Shown: positions 1 through 10,094, counted from the first letter of the stretch. The stretch is DNA of 64,000 bases from Eledone cirrhosa (GCA_964016885.1 OZ024742.1:173352001-173416000), one strand, 5' to 3'. Translations and numbers: made by a program. Notes: a model not told the origin generated them from the sequence alone.

Positions 1-452
1 TGAATGTATGGTTACATAACCACCGGTGATTTCATCACCCCCAGTGATTTTAGCGTGGCACCATCATGCCGTAGACGAACATAAATATATAGATAAAAAC
101 TTTCAAAAATAAACATAAGTTTCATTGTAATATTTGTTTGTTTGTTTTTTTCCTTTGCCTTTTTCGTGGTAGAGGTGACGGTGGCGGCGGCGGTGGTGGT
201 GAAGTTATTTGGCTGTTGTTTTTTATCCATTTTCTTTATTGACTATAAAATTTCTGATACAAAATTAAATATTAAATAGTGGAGCCCTATGCCATAATGT
301 AAGGCGTTGTCACTTCCTGAGAGGAAAAAAATGATATCTTATGTTCCATTTGTAATAAGAATTATTCTATCACAATTGTTTTAAATATGTAAAAAATCAA
401 AATTTACGGGAGCGATTCCATAAAACTCTATCCACCATGTGCGTATATTCAC
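1..452 (-). mobile_element. 5' UTR of an R4/Dong-like RLE non-LTR retrotransposon (body lies left of the window)
   Basis: Colinear blocks shared with the 5' UTR at 13619-14620: gaatgtatggttacata, cataagtttcattgtaa, ttacgggagcgatt, gtgcgt; ends at the (TAT)n tract as that copy does. Confidence 0.8.
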
Positions 453-477
453 TATTATTATTATTATTATTATTATT
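453..477. repeat. (TAT)n microsatellite, insertion target
   Basis: Perfect TAT repeats between two element 5' ends. Confidence 0.95.
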
Positions 478-690
478 GAATGCCATGGTTGACGGAGGCT
501 CGGCTCTGTAAGGTATAGTAATTTTTAACCGTTAAAACAATTGTAAATTGTTTAAAACTTGAACCAAATTGTTGATAAAGACACCCTCCTCCTCGTGAGA
601 GGGGTCTTTCTGTCCGTTATTTGGCCCTTCGGGGTTAAATAACCAGTTATTGGGGTTTTGTACCCAAAATTTCATTTTAAACAAAAAAAC

Positions 691-2787
691 ATGGCTACGA
701 AAAAGAAATTTCATACGTCACTCCCACTCATTCCGTCTTCTTCTTCCTCAATCATCACTACAGCAGAGAGAAGATTGTCTCTCTCCCTCCCTTCTTTAAA
801 TGTGTCTCTCTCCCTCCCTTCTCTTTCGCAAGCGATGAAAGAAAAGAAAAGTCTCGTGCAAAGCGTGCAAGGTTTCTCCACGACGACGACGACAGCGACG
901 AAACAGGTGTGCGGGAAATACGAAAACCCAGTTCATTCGTCTGACGTCAGGAATAATAGCAGTAGCAGCCGTAATAACAACAGCAACAGTGACAATGAAA
1001 ACAACAGTAGCAGCCGCAACAGCATCACCAGCAGCATAAACAACAACAGCATTAACAGCAGCAACACCAACAACAACCACAGCAACAGCGGCGGAGGCAG
1101 TAGTCGTAGTACCTGCAGCAACAACAAAAGTACCAGCAGCTCTGACGACAACAACAACAGCAGAGAAAAACCAATCTCATTTGCAGGTATTGCGAAAAAC
1201 TTGGAAACAATCCTCATAACAAATGAGGAATTAGAGGAAGCGAAGAAGATGGTGACAAAGAACGGACACCGAGCAATCTGCAAGGCAGCGAAAAATTTTT
1301 TCGAAACCCAAGAGCACTGTACGGTCACGTACCGTACAGTAAGTACAAAATCCCGTAGGGTGGAAAGAGCCACAGAGGCCCAAATACAAAAAGCCTTGGG
1401 GTCTGTGTGGCAGAGGAAAACGCACATCACCCGAGGCAAAAAATACGCCACCGTAGACGTACTTTTTGCCACACCCCAGGAGGCAAAGGCCCAATCAGTA
1501 GTGACACTAAGGAGCGAGGAAATGGTGTTGGTGCCCTCCTACTGCGGGCAAAAAATTGTGAGGGTCAAACTGACCCACGTCCCCCCCGGAATGACCCCTT
1601 CTTGGCTGGCCGCGTCTGTCCTCGTCGGAATCGAGGACAAAACAACTGTACTGCAAGTACAGAAAAAAGTAAGAGAAGATTGGGTCGGCTCCTCCATTGA
1701 GATGCTAATCCAAACCAACCAGGAGTGCATCGAAGCTATCCCGGATGTGATAGACTTCGATAACGGCACTCAACTGCCCATAAGTGTTGAGGGCAAACGC
1801 CCGAAATGCTTTCGCTGTGGATCGAAGACTCACCTCAGGGCCTTCTGCAACGAGAAGACCCTGAGAAAGGAGAAAACCCCCCTCCTTCCGAATCCGGCTC
1901 CACGGCTACCAGCAACAGGACAAGCAGCAACCAGGAACGATAGGTCCGTGGCACCCATACCCACTCCACGGAAATCAAAGACAGCAGCAGCAGTGGAAAT
2001 ATTAACAACAACAACAGCAATACCAAATGCAGCTGCAACAGAGACTCCAGTGCAAACATCACCAACAACAACAAGTGAAAGAGTGGAGCTGGTACCCCTC
2101 CCCGACCTTACAGAATCAGACATGGAGTGTGAGGTGGGAGAGGGATGGCAAAAGGTCGCAAGAAGGCACAAACGCAGAAGCAGCGCATCGTCGCCTTTGA
2201 AAAGGGAGGAAAGAAATGAGAAAAGGGTAAAGTCTACTGCAAAGAGACCCACAGCAGCAACACCACCAACACCATCACCACCCACACCAGCACCACCATC
2301 ACCACCGGCGACAACCCCACCGCCAACAACACCTTCAACACCACCACCACAAGCACCAACATCGCAAACACAACAACAAAACACACACACCCAGCAACAA
2401 CGACAAGAAAATAGCAGAACCACACCCCACCCCCAGAAAAACAAATGCACGGCAATAAACACACACAACAAGAAACTAATGACTTACATAATTGAACACA
2501 CAGACATTTCACAACAGGACTACATAATACCAGCACCAATCAAAACGCCAACTAACATAAGACTGCTAAAAATAGCACAGAAACAATACACAAACATTAA
2601 AACGAAATTCCCCAACGCAGTTGGTGATTTCTGGGACCTAGGAGGAACCATCAATCGAAGAGTATATTCAGACATTCTCTTAGAAGAGCCGACGACCAGC
2701 CGAAGGGACGATTCAACGGTCCCTTCACCAGACGATCAAGTGAAAAGGGATGTAAAAACCATCCCTCCTCTACCAAAAGTACGGTAA
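691..2787 (+). CDS. Tx1-like ORF1 (gag-like nucleic-acid-binding protein)
   Basis: Zinc knuckle CFRCGSKTHLRAFC, N/S-rich and P/T-rich low-complexity tracts, EGWQKVARR motif; first ATG at 691 (ORF track starts at TTG 658). Confidence 0.85.
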   Translation: MATKKKFHTSLPLIPSSSSSIITTAERRLSLSLPSLNVSLSLPSLSQAMKEKKSLVQSVQGFSTTTTTATKQVCGKYENPVHSSDVRNNSSSSRNNNSNSDNENNSSSRNSITSSINNNSINSSNTNNNHSNSGGGSSRSTCSNNKSTSSSDDNNNSREKPISFAGIAKNLETILITNEELEEAKKMVTKNGHRAICKAAKNFFETQEHCTVTYRTVSTKSRRVERATEAQIQKALGSVWQRKTHITRGKKYATVDVLFATPQEAKAQSVVTLRSEEMVLVPSYCGQKIVRVKLTHVPPGMTPSWLAASVLVGIEDKTTVLQVQKKVREDWVGSSIEMLIQTNQECIEAIPDVIDFDNGTQLPISVEGKRPKCFRCGSKTHLRAFCNEKTLRKEKTPLLPNPAPRLPATGQAATRNDRSVAPIPTPRKSKTAAAVEILTTTTAIPNAAATETPVQTSPTTTSERVELVPLPDLTESDMECEVGEGWQKVARRHKRRSSASSPLKREERNEKRVKSTAKRPTAATPPTPSPPTPAPPSPPATTPPPTTPSTPPPQAPTSQTQQQNTHTQQQRQENSRTTPHPQKNKCTAINTHNKKLMTYIIEHTDISQQDYIIPAPIKTPTNIRLLKIAQKQYTNIKTKFPNAVGDFWDLGGTINRRVYSDILLEEPTTSRRDDSTVPSPDDQVKRDVKTIPPLPKVR

Positions 2788-2822
2788 GTGGTCTTTCCCA
2801 TCTTTTCCACTCTATTTTAAAC

Positions 2823-5800
2823 ATGACCTCACTCAGAATAGGCAGCATAAATGCGCGTGGCTTGGGGTCGTCATGGAAGCAGGGTCAGCTGCTCAACGAC
2901 CTCAGGTCACTAAACATAGATGTAGTGGCCATCAGCGAGACCAGAATCTCCGAAGCACGGGCCTTCGCACCGATCTTCGGCGGCTACGATGTGTACGCAT
3001 CTCCCAGCCGTCCTGGATCGGGTGGAGGAGTTGCTGTGCTTTTTCGGAGAGGTTTGGATCTCGCCATACGGGCTATCTTCCTGGACCCAGAGGGTAAGCT
3101 GGTGGTGCTGGACGTGACCAGCGGAGACGGGCAAGCTTTCAGGCTAGTGGCCGTCTATGCCCCGACAGGAGCAGGGCGGCCTGATTTCTTCCGGCGTCTG
3201 GAGACCTTCCTTGGAACGTCCCGCTCTTTAGTGTTAGTGGGCGACTGGAACGGGATCTTAGATGCACGCTGGGACTGTGTGGGATTAGCGGATAGGGGTG
3301 GAGGGTGCAAGAGCCTCACCAACCTGCTCAGGCGTTTTGAACTGTCTGACAGGTACCGATTGGATTTCCCGAATGTGCCAATGTGGACTTGGACAAACCG
3401 CATAGGGTCATCCAGATCATATCTAGATAGAGTATTTTGTAGGGAAATAGATAGGTCTAGCATAGGCTGTCCACAATTCAAGATAGTCAGCTACACGGAC
3501 CACAAATTCGTGACCTGTGTGCTTGACTTAGATAGGCTTCATAGACGAGGACCCGGCTACTGGAAGCTAAACGCGTCCTTACCAGCGCGCAAGGCCTACA
3601 GAGACCGGATTAGCGAACTAGTTAAGCGGGCGTTGACGGGGGCCATCGTCAACAACAAGTGGTGGTTTGCTCTGAAAAGAGCGATTAGAATAGAATCGAT
3701 TAGGTTTAGTAAGGCTTTAGCAATAGAGAAAAATAGAGCAGAGGGAGAACTAGTTAGAAAATTAGACGAGGCGCTTAGCAAAGGCATTGCGACCGACGTG
3801 CTTGCGGCGAAATTGGCCCTTGACCAATTCTTCAATGCAAAGCACGAAGGCTGCGTTGTCAGAGCTAGGGTGCGTGCTCTCAGACACGAGGGGACGAAAG
3901 CCGTTCAATGGGCCAGAGTGGCGGAGGCGCGTCGTGGCAACAAAGCCACGATCCGGTCTTTGGTGGACCACGACGGGCGCATGCTACTCGATCCCGGGCA
4001 AATGTGTGAAGCTTTTCAGCGACACTTCGCTCAGCTGTTCGGGGGAAGTGGGGGGCCGGGTAGAGGGATGGACTTTAGTGTCTACCTCGACGGACTGCCG
4101 CGGCTCTCGGCCACTGAGGCGAAGTGTTGCGAAAAGCCGATAACAGCCGCTGAAGTACGGGAGGCAATGACTGGCTGCACAAGGGGTAAATCGCCTGGTT
4201 TGGATGGTCTGCCCTATGAACTTTACGTACAGATGCCAGACTTGTTCGGAGGCCTATTGGCGGACGTCTACTGCAACTGGCAACAGAACGGGAGAATTCC
4301 CAGTTCTGTGAGCCGAGGAGCGTTGGCACTGCTGAGAAAGGATCCGAACAAGGGGGATAACATAGACAATTTCCGGCCCATAACTCTGCTAAACACAGAG
4401 TTTAAGATTTTGGCCAAGGTGCTAGCAAAGAGGTTGGCGCTTGTCGTTGGTGGTCTGGTGGGAGAGGCGCAGACATGCGCCATTCCCGACATATCCATCC
4501 ACGACAACCTCCACCTCATGCGATACATCGTAGAGAGGGTAGCTAGGGAACCTGGCACGGGTGGGTCCTTGATCAATTTAGATCAGTCGAAAGCTTTCGA
4601 TAGGGTCGACCATCGTTACCTAGCGGCAGTCCTGAGGGCGGCTGGCTTTGGGCCCGTCTTCAGAGGCTGGATCGCTGCCATGCACAGCGACATCTGCTCT
4701 GTGGTGAGAGTGAACGGTCACCTGTCGGAACCGTTCAACATCATGCGCTCGGTCCGCCAAGGATGTCCCCTCTCGTCCCTCTTGTACGTATTGACTCTCG
4801 AGCCATTACTGCACAAACTGGAGACGTTGAGGGGAGTCCCGCGCGAACTAGGATGCGGAAGATCCGTGTCAGCATATGCGGACGATGTCACCGTAGTGGT
4901 GTCGAACGCCAAACACATCGAGGCGATCGGCACTACACTAAGAGAATACGAAGCGGTGACAGGAGCAATGATCAACCAGGAAAAGTCAGTGGGCCTGCAG
5001 CTCGGCACCTGGAGAGGCAGGTCCATGCCGTCCAACAGCGTCGTCGGGCGCTGGACGGACGGACCGGTTAAATTGCTAGGGGTCTGGTTCGGTCCGGACC
5101 TCCAGACGGACAAAAACTGGGACGAGGTGACGAGCAGGGTGGCTTCTCTCACCCAGAAATGGGCGGAGAGGAAGCTATCCCTGAAAGGTCGAGCGGAGGT
5201 GGCTAACGCGTACATCGCGTCTGTCATCTGCTACCGCCTAACCGTCGTACCTTGTCCTAAGCCTCGCCTGACTGCGCTGGAGCGTTTGCTCTTTCGCTTT
5301 TTGTGGAAGGGACGTGCTCCGATGGTCAGGCGGTCCATCTGTTGTCAACACCCGCTACGTGGAGGGCTGGGCATGCCGTGGCTGATGATGCGCAGGCACG
5401 CGCTCAGGCTACGACATCTCCACCTTTTCCTCGACGGTGATCAGGTGTGGTCGCCGTTTGCTAGACGCGTTTTTCCCCAGCTCGTTTCCTTGACGGAGCT
5501 GCAGTCCTGGGTCAAGCGAAGACCGAGAGGGAGCGCCTGGAGACTGGAATGTCTTCAGGCGCTCACAGCCCTCGACCAATCGGGCAATGTGATCGGTGGA
5601 AACTCCACCTCGGCGTTCTATAGAGGATTAGTGGAGGGGAAGAGCGACGACGTACTTGGGGAAACTCTAGGCGTCGACGAAAATCAACTAGCCAATCTCT
5701 TCGGAAGAACTTTCGGGCCAGGGCCTATGGACAACTTCCAGAAATCTCTGGCCTGGCAGTGCTACCGAGGAGCCTTGCCAGTTCGGGATAAACTCTACAG

Positions 5801-6242
5801 GCATGGAGGTGCCGTCAGCCGGGCATGTCCGAGATGCGCGCAGGGCGACGAAACCGTCCTGCACGCACTCGTCCAGTGTCCGAAAATTGCTGACTTGTGG
5901 GTTTATGTCGAACACCTGCTGTCGCGTTTAGGACGGATCCAGCTATCATCTGAGTCTATCGTGAGGATTGCCCCGCCCTCCTCCTTTAGCCGGGAAGGGC
6001 AGGCAGTTTTTATCTGTCTGGTGGCCATGGCGAAAGAGATAGTATGGTGGACACGTTTGAAAGGGCTGAAGACGAGCACTTACCTCTTCGGTGATGCTCT
6101 GATTGACTTTTTCAAATTTCATTTGAAAAGGAAAATCAGAGTAGAGAAGGAAGTGCTCTCTTCCCAGCATTTTGTTGAAAGATGGGTGAGAGAAGCAAGA
6201 ATGGCCCGAGTGAATGGGCCGACTCTGAGTATATATCTGTAA
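2823..6242 (+). CDS. Tx1-like ORF2: AP endonuclease + reverse transcriptase + C-terminal zinc finger
   Basis: APE motifs SINARGL, ISETR, VYAP, GDWN, YLD, TDH; RT motifs KSPGLDG, FRPITLLN, DQSKAFD, VRQGCPLS, YADD; C-terminal CPRC-x8-H-x4-C. Confidence 0.95.
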   Translation: MTSLRIGSINARGLGSSWKQGQLLNDLRSLNIDVVAISETRISEARAFAPIFGGYDVYASPSRPGSGGGVAVLFRRGLDLAIRAIFLDPEGKLVVLDVTSGDGQAFRLVAVYAPTGAGRPDFFRRLETFLGTSRSLVLVGDWNGILDARWDCVGLADRGGGCKSLTNLLRRFELSDRYRLDFPNVPMWTWTNRIGSSRSYLDRVFCREIDRSSIGCPQFKIVSYTDHKFVTCVLDLDRLHRRGPGYWKLNASLPARKAYRDRISELVKRALTGAIVNNKWWFALKRAIRIESIRFSKALAIEKNRAEGELVRKLDEALSKGIATDVLAAKLALDQFFNAKHEGCVVRARVRALRHEGTKAVQWARVAEARRGNKATIRSLVDHDGRMLLDPGQMCEAFQRHFAQLFGGSGGPGRGMDFSVYLDGLPRLSATEAKCCEKPITAAEVREAMTGCTRGKSPGLDGLPYELYVQMPDLFGGLLADVYCNWQQNGRIPSSVSRGALALLRKDPNKGDNIDNFRPITLLNTEFKILAKVLAKRLALVVGGLVGEAQTCAIPDISIHDNLHLMRYIVERVAREPGTGGSLINLDQSKAFDRVDHRYLAAVLRAAGFGPVFRGWIAAMHSDICSVVRVNGHLSEPFNIMRSVRQGCPLSSLLYVLTLEPLLHKLETLRGVPRELGCGRSVSAYADDVTVVVSNAKHIEAIGTTLREYEAVTGAMINQEKSVGLQLGTWRGRSMPSNSVVGRWTDGPVKLLGVWFGPDLQTDKNWDEVTSRVASLTQKWAERKLSLKGRAEVANAYIASVICYRLTVVPCPKPRLTALERLLFRFLWKGRAPMVRRSICCQHPLRGGLGMPWLMMRRHALRLRHLHLFLDGDQVWSPFARRVFPQLVSLTELQSWVKRRPRGSAWRLECLQALTALDQSGNVIGGNSTSAFYRGLVEGKSDDVLGETLGVDENQLANLFGRTFGPGPMDNFQKSLAWQCYRGALPVRDKLYRHGGAVSRACPRCAQGDETVLHALVQCPKIADLWVYVEHLLSRLGRIQLSSESIVRIAPPSSFSREGQAVFICLVAMAKEIVWWTRLKGLKTSTYLFGDALIDFFKFHLKRKIRVEKEVLSSQHFVERWVREARMARVNGPTLSIYL

Positions 6243-6502
6243 ACTAAAGGTGGAAAACTGGGAGAGGGCACTTGCCTTGGTGGTCAGGGTCATTGTGGCT
6301 TTTTACTTGGCTTTCTCCACAAATGTCCCTCCGAAGTCTCCCCCCTATTGGGGAATTTTTCATTGTTATTTTCATTGTTATTTTTGTTACATCCTCTGTT
6401 TTTGTTTTTTTACACGCAGAAATGCCCATTTGTACCGTCCTGCATTGTCCTGCACTGTCCTTAATGTCTACTTTATATAAACCCTTGTGGTTAATAAAGA
6501 AA

Positions 6503-6504
<2 letters not shown>

Positions 6505-6537
<33 letters not shown>

Positions 6538-6549
6538 GTTATTGTTATT
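6505..6549. repeat. (ATT)n microsatellite between two element 3' ends
   Basis: ATT repeats with GTT variants. Confidence 0.95.
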
Positions 6550-9500
6550 CCTTGAATCTCAGTCATTGATGTTGGTTAACTGGAAAGTCCGTTGGATTGA
6601 ATATCAAGCCACTACCTGCAGCCTCAGATATTCAGGACGTATCGGAGGGTTCTTGCCGTTCCAAGCAAGCATGCCTTTTGAAGCGTTCCAAAAAGCGTGA
6701 AGGGGCCGATTTTCTTTAACCATCCCTGGAAACCTTTGGAGATAGTCCCCAGTGCGCCTATGACAATCGGGATCACTTTGACTTCATGGCAGTTCCAAAT
6801 CCTTTTCACCTCCCACTTTAGGTCCTGGTATCGGTCAATTTTCTCCCTCTCCTTCTCTTGCACTCTCGTGTCGAACGGGCAGGCCACATCCACAATCAGG
6901 CACGATCTTTTTTCTTTGTCCACAACCACCAGGTCAGGTCTATTGTGTTCCAGTTTTTTGTCCGTCTGTATCCTAAAATCCCACAGCACCTTCACCTGAT
7001 TGTTCTCCATCACCGCCTCTGGCCTATGCTCATACCATTTCTCAGAATGTGGTAGATTGTTTACTTTGCACAGGTGCCAGTGGATCACCCTGCCCATCAC
7101 ATCGTGTCTCCAGCCCTTATAGTGGGTCTGGGCTAGGTGTTTACACTCGGACACAATGTGAGCCACAGTCTCCTCTCTCTCTCCACAGATCCTGCACAGT
7201 GGGCTAGCCTCCTCCTTGTAGATATGGTGCTTCAACCACTTCGTTTTGAGGGCCTGCTCCTGCGCAGCCATTAGCATTCCTTCTGTAGCCTTTTTGAGGT
7301 CTCCTCTTCTCAACCAGTTCCATGTCTGTGGATCTCTAAATTCAGTTTTCTCAAAGAAGGTACTATGAAGGGATTTTCCCTTAAGGCTGCTCTTCCTCCT
7401 TGATGTTATTTCCTCCTTGGGTATCCCCTGGCCTACTGTCCCCTCCTTCAGTACAGCTCTGAGCATTGGCTCCTTACTATAGGTCACGTATTTGTATAGG
7501 TTGTTTTTCTCCATCTGAACACAGTCCTCTATGCTGATAAGACCTCTTCCACCCTCAGATCTCCTTAGGTAGAGTCTATCGACATCACTCCTCTTGTGGA
7601 ACATGTTGTAGATAGTCAATAGCTTCCTAGTCTTCCTATCCATTTCTTTTTGTTCAGCAACATTCCATCTCAGAATTCCCGCACTGTACCTAATAATAGA
7701 CACAGCTCGGGAATTTACTGCGCTTATGGCATTTCTGCTGTTCAGATGTGACTTCAATACGCTCCTTACTCTCCGAATGTATTCAGTTCTTAACAATTCC
7801 TTCATTTTTTTGTTCTTTATGCCATCAGCCTCCAGAACGCCCAAATACTTGTATCCTTCCTCAGAGTCAATTTCCTTTATCATCTCACCTGTTGGTATCT
7901 GGATCCCGTTACTTCTGCTCAACCTACCCCTCCTCATCACAATGACTCCACATTTACCAATACCAAACTGCATACATATATCACTGCTGAAAATACGGAC
8001 AGTGTCAACAAGCACATCCAACTCCTTCTCACTTTTCCCGAAGAGCTTAAGGTCGTCCATGAAGAGGAGGTGATTGATGGTAAGCTCTCCCCTTCCCAAC
8101 TTGTATCCTGCTCTCACTTTTCGCAGCATAATGGTCAAGGGCATCAGGGCAAGGACAAACAACAGAGGGGACAGGCTATCTCCCTGGAAGATACCTCTCT
8201 TGATCTTCACGCTTCCCAAGGATACTCCAGTTGATGTCAACTCTGTCTCCCAGGACCCCATACTCCTGCCCAGCAACTGTCTGATGTTATCTGCCACCCT
8301 GAAGATCTCCAGGCTTTTGGTGATCCAGGAATGAGGCACCATGTCAAATGCCTTTCTGTAGTCTATCCATCCCATGGCAAGATCAGTGTGTCTCCTCCTG
8401 CAATTCCCCATTACCATCTTATCAATAAGCAACTGGTCCTTTGTACCACGTGACTTCTTTCGGCATCCTTTCTGTTCGTCCGGCAACAAGTTGTTTGTGT
8501 GGAGGTGATGGCAGATTTCCTCAGACACAATGCTCGTCAACAGTTTCCACATTACGGGCAGACATGTGATAGGTCTATAGTTGGTGACATCATTACCCTT
8601 GATTTGGTCTTTCATTATCAGAACTGTGGTACCTTTTGTCAACCACTCTGGCACCTCACCCGACACCAAGCAGTCATTGAACATGGCCGTCAGCTTCGGG
8701 TGGAGGGATGTTAAATGTTTAATCCAATACCCCTGCACACCATCTGGGCCTGGTGATTTCCAGTTGGTTAGTTTTTTGGCTTGCCCCTTAAGAGTTTCAA
8801 CTGTGATACTCAAATCAGTCTGTTGCTGTGCCTGCTCACCGATCTCCCTCTGTACTGTCTCAATCCACCCTGCCTGGGCATTGTGTCTAACATCCCGCTC
8901 CCATATTCCTCTCCAGAATGTTTTAGCTTGTTCCGCCCCAGGGATCAAGTCGGTGCCTCTTTCTTTCCCCTCAAGCTGTCCAAACAGCATCTTCTGGTTG
9001 TTGTCGAACATGCGGTTCTGTTTATACTGACTGACTCTGTTCTCGTATCGCCTGATTTTGGCACTCTTTGCTACAATGCGTTGCTTCAATTCCTCTATGA
9101 TAATATTTAGCTTTTTACTCCTAGTTTTGTATTTTATTTCCAGTCTATTTTTAGTGCCTATGTTTTTTAGTGTCCCATTCAGTAGTGACTCAAGCTTTCC
9201 TATGTCATTTCTCATTTCCCCGATTTGCCCACTCAGTCGCTTCTTCCACCACGGCTCTGCTCTTTCTTGTCTGTTGTTTCCTCTCGCTTTTATACCAAGT
9301 AGTTTCCTCACCGTATTTGCTGTTGCTTTGAGGATATTGTTGCACTGGTGAAGACTCCTCGCCTCAAGGTATGGGATGACTTTGTTTACCTTAGCTGTTG
9401 TTTCTTTTAACTTTTTCCTGTCTACAAATCTTAGGTTCATAGGTCTCCCACTATCATTGTTCAACTCATCTACCACTAAATTTAGGATGTCAACCGAATC

Positions 9501-10063
9501 TTGTCCTAGCCCGTCAGCATTCATCTCCTCAGTGGCCGTATCTCTGTTCCAGGTATTATTTATCTCAGTATTCAGATCATTGTCTGCTTCGGGTGGTTCC
9601 TTCGCTCTCAGGACCTCCTCACCTTCATTTCCCGCCGGCTCGCTTGTCTGGCATACTACACCCGCCATCTCCAAGCCATTCTCTCTGCTCAGTTCCTCCA
9701 GTTCCAGCTCGCTTATCCACCCATTAGTTCTTATTACCCGAGCCTGCCCGGCCAATTTTTGTTCATCTAATTTAAATAAACCAATCTCGTTCCAGATGTT
9801 ATGCATCCGTCTCCTGTAGCCCCTCTCCTTGGGGTTACTTTTCAGGTAGCATTGCATAACAGTTCTATTCAATTCTTTCGTCCAGTTGGTTCTGGCCCCT
9901 TTCCTTCTTCTTCTTCCTCCAACATCAGCAGTATTTCGTTGACAGTCAGGTTCCTGCTGCTGAGCCAGGGGGCACCTGTTGGGTGAGAGTCTGTCACATG
10001 ACGTTCTAGTCTCCATTTCACCGTTATTCGAACTGTTTATGTTCGATATTTAAACACTCTTAT
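6550..10063 (-). mobile_element. R4/Dong-like RLE retrotransposon, copy 1 (intact ORF, 5' UTR truncated)
   Basis: Single ORF; short 3' UTR; near-identical to copy 2 but homology stops about 45 nt upstream of the ATG, at (TAT)n. Confidence 0.9.
6624..10016 (-). CDS. RT + restriction-like endonuclease (R4/Dong-like), 1130 aa
   Basis: N-terminal WTKELNRTVMQCY; RT WKSPGPDG, NYRPITCL, DYRKAFD, GIFQGDSLSP, FMDDLK; CCHC CRICGEREETVAHIVSEC; RHD; RLE RPDLVVVD..IVDV..K..RY. Confidence 0.95.
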   Translation of the reverse strand: METRTSCDRLSPNRCPLAQQQEPDCQRNTADVGGRRRRKGARTNWTKELNRTVMQCYLKSNPKERGYRRRMHNIWNEIGLFKLDEQKLAGQARVIRTNGWISELELEELSRENGLEMAGVVCQTSEPAGNEGEEVLRAKEPPEADNDLNTEINNTWNRDTATEEMNADGLGQDSVDILNLVVDELNNDSGRPMNLRFVDRKKLKETTAKVNKVIPYLEARSLHQCNNILKATANTVRKLLGIKARGNNRQERAEPWWKKRLSGQIGEMRNDIGKLESLLNGTLKNIGTKNRLEIKYKTRSKKLNIIIEELKQRIVAKSAKIRRYENRVSQYKQNRMFDNNQKMLFGQLEGKERGTDLIPGAEQAKTFWRGIWERDVRHNAQAGWIETVQREIGEQAQQQTDLSITVETLKGQAKKLTNWKSPGPDGVQGYWIKHLTSLHPKLTAMFNDCLVSGEVPEWLTKGTTVLIMKDQIKGNDVTNYRPITCLPVMWKLLTSIVSEEICHHLHTNNLLPDEQKGCRKKSRGTKDQLLIDKMVMGNCRRRHTDLAMGWIDYRKAFDMVPHSWITKSLEIFRVADNIRQLLGRSMGSWETELTSTGVSLGSVKIKRGIFQGDSLSPLLFVLALMPLTIMLRKVRAGYKLGRGELTINHLLFMDDLKLFGKSEKELDVLVDTVRIFSSDICMQFGIGKCGVIVMRRGRLSRSNGIQIPTGEMIKEIDSEEGYKYLGVLEADGIKNKKMKELLRTEYIRRVRSVLKSHLNSRNAISAVNSRAVSIIRYSAGILRWNVAEQKEMDRKTRKLLTIYNMFHKRSDVDRLYLRRSEGGRGLISIEDCVQMEKNNLYKYVTYSKEPMLRAVLKEGTVGQGIPKEEITSRRKSSLKGKSLHSTFFEKTEFRDPQTWNWLRRGDLKKATEGMLMAAQEQALKTKWLKHHIYKEEASPLCRICGEREETVAHIVSECKHLAQTHYKGWRHDVMGRVIHWHLCKVNNLPHSEKWYEHRPEAVMENNQVKVLWDFRIQTDKKLEHNRPDLVVVDKEKRSCLIVDVACPFDTRVQEKEREKIDRYQDLKWEVKRIWNCHEVKVIPIVIGALGTISKGFQGWLKKIGPFTLFGTLQKACLLGTARTLRYVLNI

Positions 10064-10094
10064 TATTATTATTATTATTATTATTGTTGTTATT
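10061..10094. repeat. (TAT)n microsatellite spacer
   Basis: TAT repeats between R4/Dong copies 1 and 2. Confidence 0.95.

Larger units (their letters stand above)
478..6504 (+). mobile_element. Full-length Tx1/L1-clade non-LTR retrotransposon inserted in (ATT)n
   Basis: 5' UTR, ORF1 with CCHC knuckle, ORF2 APE-RT-zinc finger, 3' UTR ending AATAAAGAAATC; (ATT)n on both sides; both ORFs open. Confidence 0.9.

Noticed and set aside
577-645. HDV-like ribozyme in the Tx1 5' UTR (cctcctcg motif, cUUCGg hairpin)
   Set aside because: Folds as two simple hairpins; no P1/P1.1 GG or J4/2 C-x-A-A arrangement could be fitted by eye.
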